A DNA stretch of 64,000 bases from a virus (IMGVR_UViG_3300045391_006990:1-64000); one strand, 5' to 3'. Positions 46,739-55,323 are shown, counted from the first letter of the stretch. The notes: a model not told the origin generated them from the letters alone. Numbers and translations: made by a program.

Positions 46739-48513
46739 CAGCCATCCTCAGCAAAGAAGATGGGACTGATTTTCCACCCGTCGATGAGCTCGAGCGAACG
46801 CAGCTTACCTAGGCCGTTGGCTACGCTGCTGCTCGTAGGGCTGTACCCAGCGTGCTCGGCGACGTACTCCTTGGAGATGGAGTCGTACTTGCCGTGCGCG
46901 TCGTAGAAGACCTGCAGCATCTCACGTGAAGCCTTGTCGAGCTTGCTCTTCCACCACTCGAGAAGACCTGGCCCGGTTGGGAGCGTCTCGGTGGCAGGGT
47001 ACAGCGAAGCACCTTTGCTCGTGATGGCGATGGCGTCACCAGGGCCTTCTGCAAGGCCTTGTGACCGCAGCTGCCCCAGCGCGTTGGCCATACTGCTGCT
47101 CTTCACCGAATAGCCCGTCATGATGGCCAAGTACGTCATCGACACGGCCTTCGGGGCCACGATGGAGAGTACATTCATGATGGCGCGTGCTGGCTTGCTG
47201 AGCTTGGCTCCGTCCACCGAGGCGTTGTGCATGGTCGACGGCCCTCGCTTCCTTGCAGCTTCGTCAGCCAAGTCCTTGATCGACTTACCGGCTTGGAAGG
47301 GTGACTTCTTAGGCACTGGCGGCAGTAGTGCGTCTACGCCCTTGCCCTTTTCCGGAACTGGCTTTTGTGTGGCGGCAGCGACTGTACGCTCGTTTGACAA
47401 GACGATTTCGTGAAGCAGCATGACTTGCTTCTCGACCGTGGCCGTCACCTTACGCAGGCTCTCGATGTCCTTAGCCACGCGATCCATATTCGGCAGCTTG
47501 AGCTTCACGTCCTTGGCAGGAACAACCTTCGTTGGTTTGCGCTCGAGCTGTTTCTCAGCCAGGTGGAGGTCGGATTTGAGTTGAGCAATCTGCTTACGCA
47601 GTAGAACCGGGTTCTCCTGCGCCGCTTTGTCGATGGTCTCTTGAATGCGGCCCTTGAGCTTACCGACGTCCACGTCACGCAGCGTAGCCACCGGCCGGCC
47701 TCGCTTGCCCTTCGGCGTAGCGCCGCTATCGAAGGTCTGGCTCAGGTTGAACTTGAACCGCTTGAACTCCTTCAGCAGGTGCGGCGACCAGATCCAGGCC
47801 TCGCCGTCTTCGAGCGAGGCCAGGGACTCAAGCATGCTGTCGTCGACCGCGTGGTACTTCACCCACTCCGAGACAGCCTTGATGTCCTGAGGCCCGGTCG
47901 TGCGCAGCACGAACAAGTTCTCGACCTGCGTGAGCACGTCCTTGTTCACCACCGCCGAGCGCTGGGTGATGATGGTCATGCCCAGGCCACGAGAGCGCCC
48001 ACGCCGCACGATGTTCTCCCAAGCGCGCTTCAGGTGGAGCTCGTCCCGCATCGGCTTCTGCGGGATGTAGTCGTCCGCCTCTTCGAGGAAGAGGTGCAGC
48101 GGCTCGGTGTTGCGCTTGAACAGGCGCATCGCGAACTTGAGCAGGAAGTACTTCTTGTCGGCCTCCGTGTTGAACTCGGTGAGGTCGAGGACGCAAGCCA
48201 GGCGCTGGTCGACGATGACATCCGCCACGAGCTCGCCAGACTCCCGGGTGAGCGGCACATCGCCGTGCTTGCCGCCGAAGATGAAGACGTCGAGACCGCC
48301 GCGTTTGGAACCGTCACGGCCAGCACGCAAGCCGTACCAGGACCCGACCGGGTCGACGGCGACGAACGGGTAGCCGGCGTGGAACATCTGCTCGGCCATG
48401 AGGCGCGAAGCGTTCGTCTTGCCGGCGCCGCGGACGGCAAGAACGCCACCCGTGCTGGTGACGTAGCTAGTCGGTAGCGACAGGCTTCGCGACAGATGTA
48501 GTTGGTTGGTCAT
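46738..48513 (-). CDS. HerA/FtsK-superfamily (DUF87) ATPase with two C-terminal winged-helix repeats
   Basis: Walker A 'AVRGAGKT', 'VDPVG', Walker B 'LFLEEADDY', 'RRGRSRGLG..ITQRSA'; repeated 'GYS..SSS.AN.LG.LRS..L'. Confidence 0.85.
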   Translation of the reverse strand: MTNQLHLSRSLSLPTSYVTSTGGVLAVRGAGKTNASRLMAEQMFHAGYPFVAVDPVGSWYGLRAGRDGSKRGGLDVFIFGGKHGDVPLTRESGELVADVIVDQRLACVLDLTEFNTEADKKYFLLKFAMRLFKRNTEPLHLFLEEADDYIPQKPMRDELHLKRAWENIVRRGRSRGLGMTIITQRSAVVNKDVLTQVENLFVLRTTGPQDIKAVSEWVKYHAVDDSMLESLASLEDGEAWIWSPHLLKEFKRFKFNLSQTFDSGATPKGKRGRPVATLRDVDVGKLKGRIQETIDKAAQENPVLLRKQIAQLKSDLHLAEKQLERKPTKVVPAKDVKLKLPNMDRVAKDIESLRKVTATVEKQVMLLHEIVLSNERTVAAATQKPVPEKGKGVDALLPPVPKKSPFQAGKSIKDLADEAARKRGPSTMHNASVDGAKLSKPARAIMNVLSIVAPKAVSMTYLAIMTGYSVKSSSMANALGQLRSQGLAEGPGDAIAITSKGASLYPATETLPTGPGLLEWWKSKLDKASREMLQVFYDAHGKYDSISKEYVAEHAGYSPTSSSVANGLGKLRSLELIDGWKISPIFFAEDG

Positions 48514-48691
48514 TTCTATTCCATTCTGTGGGCGGGTACCCACCCAGCTTGAGCCAGCCGTCGAGGTCGTCGAACTTGTCCATCAAATCAAGAACTGCTT
48601 GCTCTTGCGCGGTCACCATCTTCTTATCGCGCAGAGGCTGAAGCTTCGTCAGCAGCTCACGTATTTCAGCCAAGGCGGTGTCCGGGTCCAT
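48467..48691 (-). CDS. Small hypothetical phage protein
   Basis: 'MDPDTALAEIREL...LDGWLKLGGYPPTEW'. Confidence 0.6.
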   Translation of the reverse strand: MDPDTALAEIRELLTKLQPLRDKKMVTAQEQAVLDLMDKFDDLDGWLKLGGYPPTEWNRNDQPTTSVAKPVATD

Positions 48692-49083
48692 TAGGCTTCG
48701 GCCATGGCAAGGGTTTGCTGCAGCGGCGCGACGAGCTTGAAGCCTTTGCACGTCTTGCCGCAGAAGCGCTTGAGTGCAATGGACGAACGGCTGCCTGTGG
48801 TCAAGCTTTCGACCAGCACCTTCTCAGCTCCGACGGCCACCACGCGCACTTGGCGCGCTTGCCCGTCATAGACGTCACGGGGGTCGAGCGACTCCCAAAT
48901 CTGGTTGACGGCGACGCCGTACATGTTCGACGTCTCGTTCGCCGGCTTGAAGCTGCGAGGTAGACCGTTAGCGCTTCTTCTTGGTGTGAACTCGGCGCGT
49001 AGCGCGCTCACCAGATTTTTCGTCGCCTCCTTGGACAAGCGAAAGCCTTCGCCCAGGCGGCGTAGTTTGATCACGTTTCCCAT
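48691..49083 (-). CDS. Hypothetical protein with SH3-like C-terminal domain
   Basis: 'VAVNQIWESLDPRD...RQVRVVAV'. Confidence 0.5.
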   Translation of the reverse strand: MGNVIKLRRLGEGFRLSKEATKNLVSALRAEFTPRRSANGLPRSFKPANETSNMYGVAVNQIWESLDPRDVYDGQARQVRVVAVGAEKVLVESLTTGSRSSIALKRFCGKTCKGFKLVAPLQQTLAMAEA

Positions 49084-49189
49084 TTGAGTCCTCGATGTAA
49101 TCGCGAGCGAGCAGCGACTTGGCGCTGAGCTCGCTGGCAGTAACGATGCGTATGTGTGGCATGGCCTTCCTTCGTGGCTTGTACCGGTC

Positions 49190-49489
49190 TCAGACTCCGG
49201 TTTGCCGAAGGTACTCGGCCAGGCATTCAATGCAAGTGTGCTGGTTGTGAGAAGGCTGCAGGGAGGGCTGCAGGTCCCATCCTTGCTTCACCAGGCCGCA
49301 GAGCGATCTAGTGGTGATACCACCGCCAAGCTTCTGGCCTTGCTCGTCCAACCTTCGGATGTGCCAGGGCGAGGTGCTGGTGGCGTGGACGGACTCGCAG
49401 TAGCTGTACCCGAAGCTGTTGGTAGGAGCGGGGGTGGGCTTGGAGCTCGTCAGGTACTTTGCTCTTTCGTTCTTGCGAGAGGGCTTCAT
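49190..49489 (-). CDS. Hypothetical zinc-binding protein
   Basis: 'PWHIR...SLCG...TCIECL'. Confidence 0.55.
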   Translation of the reverse strand: MKPSRKNERAKYLTSSKPTPAPTNSFGYSYCESVHATSTSPWHIRRLDEQGQKLGGGITTRSLCGLVKQGWDLQPSLQPSHNQHTCIECLAEYLRQTGV

Positions 49490-49490
49490 C

Positions 49491-49614
49491 TTTTTTGGTT
49501 GGGGGTTTGATCTATGCGCGCGTGCGCGAGGGGGGAGTGAAGAGAAAAAAAAGAAGAGGAGAGAGATAGACGAGAGAAAGAGAAACAAACCAGCCTAAAA
49601 CCCTCTCCAACCCC
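49491..49614. other. Strand-biased low-complexity intergenic tract (alternating purine/pyrimidine run + homopurine run); candidate origin
   Basis: ATGCGCGCGTGCGCG then ~60 nt almost entirely A/G, flanked by G/T-rich and C/A-rich arms. Confidence 0.5.
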
Positions 49615-49625
49615 ATACTGAACAC

Positions 49626-50096
49626 TCATACCACCATGGATTCTGGTTTTGTGACAAAGAACCCTGGCTCCAAAGAATCAGGGTGCCTGGCCCCTTTCCT
49701 GCAATTGCAAGTGATGCACGCACTCATCAAATTGGAAAGGTCGTCGGTACCTCCAAGCACCCGCGGTACGAAGTGGTCGATGGTCATCGTCTTCGGCGTA
49801 AGCGGGTCGGCGCAGTAAGCGCAGATACCACCGTCACGTTCCAGCAGTTGTGCTCGAAGCCTCTCCCGCTGCTTCCTGACCGCCGCTGCATTGCAACTCC
49901 TGCAAAACCGCCCCTTGTGGATCGGGACTGTGCACCACTCACAAACCTCCCGCCTGGGAAGCACCGGCACTGGCGGATGCGCGCAGCGCCGGCAAAGCTT
50001 GGCCGATACCCCCCGCCCAAGAATCCGCTCACCGCATTTCTTGCAGAAGCGGTTGACGAGCAGCTCGGGCAGCGCCTGGTAGCTGCGAATCTTCAT
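49626..50096 (-). CDS. HNH endonuclease with N-terminal zinc fingers
   Basis: 'ERDGGICAYC...TIDHFVPRVLGGTDDLSNLMSACITCNCRKG'. Confidence 0.9.
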   Translation of the reverse strand: MKIRSYQALPELLVNRFCKKCGERILGRGVSAKLCRRCAHPPVPVLPRREVCEWCTVPIHKGRFCRSCNAAAVRKQRERLRAQLLERDGGICAYCADPLTPKTMTIDHFVPRVLGGTDDLSNLMSACITCNCRKGARHPDSLEPGFFVTKPESMVV

Positions 50097-50105
50097 GACC
50101 CCTAC

Positions 50106-50816
50106 TCACCACGGAGGGCTGAAGATTCCAAGACGATCTGCATCGCCTGGCTTCATCACGGTGACGAGATCACCGACACGCGGGTAAGGCCTCCGCCTGG
50201 CCATTTCGTTGGTCCACTGACCCCAGGGCGTAAAGCTTTCGATCTCCGGCTCGTAGAAGTCCCAGTCGGTACCGTCCTTAGCGGCGACGCGCCCCATCGA
50301 CACGAACAGCGTCCAGCACTTCTGCCCTGGCAAGAGCTCGACCCGGTGGTACGAGTTGCGCTTCAGGTAGTTCACGTTCCCTGGCAGGAAGAGCCTAGAC
50401 GTAGCCAGGTCGTGCGTGAAGCTCCAGCGGTGCTCGAGGTAGCCGCCAACGAGGATGAGGCTGAAGGCGCGCTGCCAGGGATGGTTGTGGTACGCCCGGT
50501 CGTCGTCACCCCGAAAGAAGTAGTGCAGGTACGGCCGTGGCGTAAACCTGGTTAGGGCGGCGTACGCTGGCGGCACGCCGAGGCCGCGCAGCTGCCCCTC
50601 GATGTCCTCGCGCGCCGGCGTCAGGTACACCCGCATCAGGTAGGGATCGGCCAGCACCTTCTCGTTGGTCGTGATGATGCGGGTCTGCTCGAAGGGGCTG
50701 GCTTCTGCCAGGTCCCACAAATTCTCTTCCATGGCGCCGAAGGGACGCAGGCGCCGTTCCTCGGCGCGGCAGTCGATCACGAAACGACGAACATCTTCAC
50801 GGCTATGATTTTCCAT
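50106..50816 (-). CDS. Cupin-fold phage protein
   Basis: 'YLHYFFRGDDDRAYHNHPW...ILVGGYLE...SYHRVEL..CWTLF'. Confidence 0.7.
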   Translation of the reverse strand: MENHSREDVRRFVIDCRAEERRLRPFGAMEENLWDLAEASPFEQTRIITTNEKVLADPYLMRVYLTPAREDIEGQLRGLGVPPAYAALTRFTPRPYLHYFFRGDDDRAYHNHPWQRAFSLILVGGYLEHRWSFTHDLATSRLFLPGNVNYLKRNSYHRVELLPGQKCWTLFVSMGRVAAKDGTDWDFYEPEIESFTPWGQWTNEMARRRPYPRVGDLVTVMKPGDADRLGIFSPPW

Positions 50817-51081
50817 TCAGCTCCTCTGCAAACCCAACCAGCTCCTGGCCGACTTCACGCAGGCGGGACTGCGCGCGTTTGAGCTTGGCCTCGAGCTCGG
50901 GCGCAGCCTGTTTCAATAGTGCAGCTTTCCAGCGCACCAGCACACCCTCGATGACACGTTGCTGTTCTGCTTCATCGTCAGGGGTCTGGCGCATGTATCC
51001 ATGGACCACGACCGACAAATCGAACGCACCGGCGTTCTCGATGTCGTACTCCTCCAACTTCCTTCGCGCTTTGCTGCTCAT
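50803..51081 (-). CDS. Hypothetical protein
   Basis: GAGGAGG RBS; overlapping operon. Confidence 0.55.
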   Translation of the reverse strand: MSSKARRKLEEYDIENAGAFDLSVVVHGYMRQTPDDEAEQQRVIEGVLVRWKAALLKQAAPELEAKLKRAQSRLREVGQELVGFAEELNGKS

Positions 51082-51281
51082 GAGTTCCTCCTCGCGGTAT
51101 AGGCGGCTGCCCGCTCCAGGTTTTCGTCTAGCGTGGCGCGCAAATCTGCGGCAGCCTTTTGGACGCCTGGGTCCTTGTGCGGCTTCAAGTTGCCGATCAG
51201 GTCGTTCAGGGCCGCTGCTTCATCGAGCGAAAGGGTCACGGAGATGAACACCTGGGAGTAGGGAACGATACGACCGATCAT
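51078..51281 (-). CDS. Hypothetical protein
   Basis: ATGA-coupled to the next gene. Confidence 0.5.
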   Translation of the reverse strand: MIGRIVPYSQVFISVTLSLDEAAALNDLIGNLKPHKDPGVQKAAADLRATLDENLERAAAYTARRNS

Positions 51282-51330
51282 GGTTGCTTCAAGTAGTACC
51301 AGTTCTTCATAGTGAAGTCCTCTGCGTTGC

Positions 51331-51343
51331 TCTTATGCCCGAT
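51331..51343 (-). promoter_or_regulatory. Promoter-like motif variant ATCGGGCATAAGA
   Basis: One mismatch to the TCGGGGATAAGA motif; heads the leftward operon. Confidence 0.55.
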
Positions 51344-51377
51344 GAACTTGCCCGCTTGCGCGAAAGTTCAGCATGGA

Positions 51378-51390
51378 TTCGGGGATAAGA
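51378..51390 (+). promoter_or_regulatory. Promoter-like motif TTCGGGGATAAGA
   Basis: Intergenic, heads a rightward operon; recurs at 53769, 55944, 62749. Confidence 0.7.
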
Positions 51391-51433
51391 AAGCTAGAAG
51401 GAAAAGGGCTACACCAGGCCCAAGGAGAGAATC

Positions 51434-51658
51434 ATGGAAAAAGCTGAACTGATCGAGAGCATCAAGACCAATACGCGTGCCCTCACCGACATGCTGAACC
51501 GTTCTACCGAACTGGCGGTAAGCAAAGTCGCTGATGACTCGGCAACCATCGAGAACCTGGACATGATGAACATGGCCCTCGAGCAGTTGAGAATCGCTGC
51601 TGAGCAACTCGAAATTGGAGCCAGCCGCCTCCATGAGATCGAGGAGAAGGTAGCGTGA
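51434..51658 (+). CDS. Small helical hypothetical protein
   Basis: AAGGAG RBS. Confidence 0.6.
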   Translation: MEKAELIESIKTNTRALTDMLNRSTELAVSKVADDSATIENLDMMNMALEQLRIAAEQLEIGASRLHEIEEKVA

Positions 51659-52104
51659 GCGACCCGTTCAATGTGGCACGGGAGCGCCTGTGTCAGCTCG
51701 TCGGTAATCGGTTGGCCGAAAAGCTCATCGAAGATAACAAGAAGGCCGCCGCGGTGTACGCCAAGAACATCTCGGATGTCACTGTGAAGGCCTTTCAGGA
51801 CCGTTACTCGCTGACAGCGGATGAGCTCACCGAACCCCGCTTCAACTTAGTGCGTGATGAAGCGGTCGAATTGCTGAAGAGCTGCATCAGCGTCTTCATC
51901 TCTTGTGAGGTACTGAACCTCAGCTGCGTGTTGCACAACGCGCTGGAAGTCTCCATGGCTGCGTTCGTCAGTCATGCTGTCGGGCACTACGAGGTCGAGC
52001 AGAAGAAACGCCGAATCGAGAGCATCGTGGAAGCTCTCATCGACAACGAGCCAGACGAGAACGACATCCACCACGCCGCCAAGGCGCACAGCTCAGGCAA
52101 CTGA
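51655..52104 (+). CDS. Hypothetical protein
   Basis: GTGA overlap. Confidence 0.6.
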   Translation: MSDPFNVARERLCQLVGNRLAEKLIEDNKKAAAVYAKNISDVTVKAFQDRYSLTADELTEPRFNLVRDEAVELLKSCISVFISCEVLNLSCVLHNALEVSMAAFVSHAVGHYEVEQKKRRIESIVEALIDNEPDENDIHHAAKAHSSGN

Positions 52105-52105
52105 G

Positions 52106-52396
52106 CTACCTCGAAGAGCCGCCCTCGGGCTCTTTTCTAGCCCTCAGATCGCCCAGGTCCTCGACCATCACGTAGCGTGTCGATTCTCGACGGTCCGGGG
52201 CCAGGACGGAAGGTGGTGGCTCGCTCTGCTTCTGGAGCACTTCGAGACGCACGCGGTGCATCCGGAAATCTTGCGCGGCCGCGCGCATGCTTTCACAGAG
52301 CTCCTCGGCTTTCTTCAACGTGTCGATGAGCTCAGCCAGGTCGCGGCGCGAGATGTGCACCGCCAGTATCTCTTTGTCGTTCGTCGAACCGCTCAC
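52106..52396 (-). CDS. Hypothetical protein
   Basis: TATCAT 6 nt upstream of the GTG. Confidence 0.5.
   Translation of the reverse strand: MSGSTNDKEILAVHISRRDLAELIDTLKKAEELCESMRAAAQDFRMHRVRLEVLQKQSEPPPSVLAPDRRESTRYVMVEDLGDLRARKEPEGGSSR
52113..52143 (+). terminator. Terminator
   Basis: GAAGAGCC-gccctcg-GGCTCTTT then TC and TAGCCC. Confidence 0.7.
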
Positions 52397-52419
52397 GGCT
52401 ACATGATAGCCTCGAGAGC

Positions 52420-53028
52420 ATGAAGAAACCGAGCTGGCTCCAACCCCTGGATCTGATTCCGTTGCTCATCCCTGTCATCGCGGCAGCGTATGCCTTCATC
52501 CATGGCTACGAAGCTGTGCACCACACGCAAGCCGGCGTCATGTTGGTAGCAGTCCCTGTTTTGATGTGGCTGCTCTGGGGTCGCGTGATGTACTACCGGA
52601 AGAAATTCCTCGACAGCTGCACCTGGTTTCCGCAGTACAAATTCATGGTAGCTCCCGATCCCAACCTACCGACCAACGAGCAGTACCTACTACCTTCCGA
52701 GCAAGAATTCGACGCTGCCGTGGCTAGTACGGTACGGGATTGGGTTCCATTTCATCCTGCAGCTGACCGCCTCATGAAAAGCGGTGTGAAGTGGCTCACG
52801 TTCCGTAGGAATTTGAATGAGGTGCCGCTCACACCAAAAGTCGGTTTGGTGAAGGGTCTCACCACAGGCTGGGGTACTGAAATCTTCGTCGACTTTGACA
52901 GCCGTCTGGAAACGCTCGAGAGGACTGCGTTCGAGCATGAGCTCGGCCACGTCATCCACGGCCTCGCCACCGGCGGTTGGGACCAGGAAGAGCACCACGC
53001 CTTTGCCAAGAAGAATCACCTCCGATGA
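52420..53028 (+). CDS. Membrane-anchored HExxH metallopeptidase-like protein
   Basis: Two N-terminal TM helices; 'AFEHELGHVIHG...EEHH'. Confidence 0.65.
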   Translation: MKKPSWLQPLDLIPLLIPVIAAAYAFIHGYEAVHHTQAGVMLVAVPVLMWLLWGRVMYYRKKFLDSCTWFPQYKFMVAPDPNLPTNEQYLLPSEQEFDAAVASTVRDWVPFHPAADRLMKSGVKWLTFRRNLNEVPLTPKVGLVKGLTTGWGTEIFVDFDSRLETLERTAFEHELGHVIHGLATGGWDQEEHHAFAKKNHLR

Positions 53029-53153
53029 ACGTCGAGCTCCTCCTGGAAGTGTTGCTCAACCTGCTCGTCGCCGGCGGGGCCGCGTACTTGTACTTCGACA
53101 ACGCTCGCCAGAAATTGCGCTACCTGCGCAGCTGGTTGACGACGCGCGCCTGA
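53025..53153 (+). CDS. Small membrane protein (42 aa)
   Basis: MNVELLLEVLLNLLVAGGAAYLYF...; ATGA overlap. Confidence 0.5.
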   Translation: MNVELLLEVLLNLLVAGGAAYLYFDNARQKLRYLRSWLTTRA

Positions 53154-53276
53154 CGCGCTTCCATCGTCCTTGCCCCTGCCTCAGCGTTGACTCGGGTGAA
53201 GGGCCTTTGACCATGTTCGATTACATATCCGTGGTGCCAAAGCCGACCACGCCGGTGACGCCGGCAAGGAGAGCTC

Positions 53277-53441
53277 ATGCACCACAAACGAAAGCGACCT
53301 AAGAATCGGCGAGCGGGCTGCCTGTACTGCAAGGCCCACAAAGGCAACGGCATCAAAGGCGCGTTCCGCTCGCAGACCTACCAAGAGCAGCGTGCGCTGG
53401 TGGCCGACAAAGAGTTCGGCTTAAGCAGCCGCCCGCGCTGA
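53277..53441 (+). CDS. Small basic CxxC protein (54 aa)
   Basis: MHHKRKRPKNRRAGCLYCKAHKGNG...; AAGGAG RBS. Confidence 0.55.
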   Translation: MHHKRKRPKNRRAGCLYCKAHKGNGIKGAFRSQTYQEQRALVADKEFGLSSRPR

Positions 53442-53756
53442 CTGAAAGGCAAGAGGGAGCTCGCGCAGCAATGCGTTGGCTCCCGTGCCTACGATAGCCA
53501 CTGCTGTCACCGCGTTAGCCAGGTCCGGCTCCTGGAAGCGCTCGACGACGCAGCGCCTATCCTCCGCCTTGTCCGCCAACGCCAGTAGCGCCGCCTCGTC
53601 CGGCACGTGCTTCACCACGACGTTGTTCGATTTCCTGTGCCAAATCGAAGATAGGTCGGGGCCTTCGATCACCCATTGCACGGCGGCGTGGACGGCTTGC
53701 GCCATTTGCAAGCCAGGGTCGAGATCTGCGCGCACGACGATGAACAGCTTCAGCAT
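53421..53756 (-). CDS. Peptidyl-tRNA hydrolase type 2 (Pth2)-like
   Basis: 'KLFIVVRADL.PG.QMAQAVHA', 'VVVKHVPDEAALL.L', 'FQEPDL...TAVAI', 'LRELPL'. Confidence 0.85.
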   Translation of the reverse strand: MLKLFIVVRADLDPGLQMAQAVHAAVQWVIEGPDLSSIWHRKSNNVVVKHVPDEAALLALADKAEDRRCVVERFQEPDLANAVTAVAIVGTGANALLRELPLAFQSARAAA

Positions 53757-53768
53757 TTTCAGAGTCCT

Positions 53769-53781
53769 TTCGGGGATAAGA
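53769..53781 (+). promoter_or_regulatory. Promoter-like motif TTCGGGGATAAGA
   Basis: 20 nt before the ATG at 53802, at a divergent junction. Confidence 0.7.
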
Positions 53782-53801
53782 GAGTGGAGAAGGAGAAGTG
53801 C

Positions 53802-54158
53802 ATGACCATCAAATCGATATCCGTTGAGCAAGCCAAGCCTTTGTCCAAATCGCAGCTAGAGTGCGTAGGGCGCTTCAACCTGAGATTGCTGGCTGATGAA
53901 CTCGGAATGCTTGCCAACAAGGAGGCCTCAAGATCGTTCCTCTGCTGTTCGAACGCTGAGCAGGTGGATTTGGTGTACGCAAAGATGCACGACTTGGACC
54001 TAACGTCTCCCTTCGACAGGAGCACGACTATCGACATCCGCATCAAATCCGCCAAAGACGCCCTTGCGTCTTCGCTCATCGCGCTACGACATGCCCACGT
54101 CCGTGAGCTAACTGAAGAGGTGCGGAGGCGGGTGGAGGAAGAACTATGCGGCGCCTGA
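53802..54158 (+). CDS. 'GRFNLR'-domain paralogue
   Basis: 'LECVGRFNLRLLADELGML..EASRSFL..SNAEQ' aligns with the N-terminus of 10472..11143. Confidence 0.7.
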   Translation: MTIKSISVEQAKPLSKSQLECVGRFNLRLLADELGMLANKEASRSFLCCSNAEQVDLVYAKMHDLDLTSPFDRSTTIDIRIKSAKDALASSLIALRHAHVRELTEEVRRRVEEELCGA

Positions 54159-54526
54159 AAGTAGACATCGACCTCGACAGCGGCTTCGTCGTTATGAAGA
54201 TGCCGGTACGTGACTTCGAACAGATCGCCACCGCGGCTTGTTGCCATTGCTACGACAGAAGACGTGTGGCCGAAGCAGACGAGAGAGCTGGGGCCTCGAG
54301 AGAAGAAACAAAGAATTACTACAACGGGCTCCTGCACTTCGTGAAGGGAGTAGAGAAGCTCATCGAAATGCAAGAACGCCCATGGAAGTACGAAGATCCC
54401 ATCCCGCTCATCACGCGAGACGCGAAGACGAGGCGCGCCGAAGTTGAGCAGGATCGATACGAGCGGCAGCTGCTCGATCGAATCGTTGAAGAGGCGCGCC
54501 TTGCACCAAGAAAGAAGGAGGATTGA
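54146..54526 (+). CDS. Hypothetical protein
   Basis: GGAGG RBS; operonic. Confidence 0.55.
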   Translation: MRRLKVDIDLDSGFVVMKMPVRDFEQIATAACCHCYDRRRVAEADERAGASREETKNYYNGLLHFVKGVEKLIEMQERPWKYEDPIPLITRDAKTRRAEVEQDRYERQLLDRIVEEARLAPRKKED

Positions 54527-55102
54527 ATGGGAGATCGACAAGTTGAAATGGCCAAGCTGATTAGTGAGGCTAGCCTGCTGAATCCAGAACAGCTTGCAGG
54601 ACTTGGAAGATACCAACTGCGCATCATTGCCGCCGAATTGAATTTGATGAGCACAGAGGAAGAACGCCTCCACTACATAAAGAAACCCGTGGGCGAGCAA
54701 GCCTTGTACCTGCACCAAATGCTCAGAGAGTTGCCAGGAGCAAAGTGGCCTGAGCTCCCGTTCGATGAGGAGTTCTTGCGCATCGTCCTTCTGGAGGCCC
54801 GCGTCATGGGAAAAGACGTTACCGTCGAGCCGTACAAGACTTGGAACAACGAGCTCGCGTGGAGGCGCACCGACAAATACATGGCCGGCGGTACCGAGGG
54901 GACGATGAACATAGAGCAGGTCTATGAGTTGCAGGCCACCATTGTTCGCATGAACCAAGCCTTCTCGAATCAGAAAGGCCTGATGGCCATGCACGTACGC
55001 AAGCACCTCTGCTCGCACAAGGACGCGGCGAGTAACACCAAAGCTATCGGAACTGGCCAAGGTGCGGACATCTGCCCTGCGTGCGGAGCGCAGCTCGGCT
55101 GA
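54527..55102 (+). CDS. 'GRFNLR'-domain paralogue with C-terminal zinc ribbon
   Basis: 'LAGLGRYQLRIIAAELNLM..EE...Y..KPVGEQ'; 'CSH...ICPACG'. Confidence 0.65.
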   Translation: MGDRQVEMAKLISEASLLNPEQLAGLGRYQLRIIAAELNLMSTEEERLHYIKKPVGEQALYLHQMLRELPGAKWPELPFDEEFLRIVLLEARVMGKDVTVEPYKTWNNELAWRRTDKYMAGGTEGTMNIEQVYELQATIVRMNQAFSNQKGLMAMHVRKHLCSHKDAASNTKAIGTGQGADICPACGAQLG

Positions 55103-55114
55103 GAGGAGGCCTGA

Positions 55115-55279
55115 ATGTGGTGGCGCAGAAACCGTTACGTTGTACTCACGCTCGTGCTGCTGATCCCGGTAAACATCATCTGGATGTGGCCAGTCTGGTG
55201 GCGTGGCTTGTTCATCACGGCCATCTCCAGCGCGGTGATGCTCGGAGTCGATGCTTGGGCCTACCGCGACGTTGACTGA
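55115..55279 (+). CDS. Small Trp-rich membrane protein (54 aa)
   Basis: MWWRRNRYVVLTLVLLIPVNIIWMWPVWW...; GGAGG RBS. Confidence 0.55.
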   Translation: MWWRRNRYVVLTLVLLIPVNIIWMWPVWWRGLFITAISSAVMLGVDAWAYRDVD

Positions 55280-55284
55280 CAACT

Positions 55285-55319
55285 TACGAAGAAGCGGCCC
55301 TCGCGCTTTTTCGTAGCTC
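55285..55319. terminator. Terminator hairpin, possibly bidirectional
   Basis: TACGAAGAAGCG-gccctcg-CGCTTTTTCGTA between convergent units. Confidence 0.7.
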
Positions 55320-55323
55320 TCTG

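Noticed and set aside
53154-53276. Structured ncRNA in the intergenic gap
   Set aside because: Only two short hairpins (GTGGT/ACCAC, GCCGG/CCGGC), expected by chance at this GC content; no recognisable motif.
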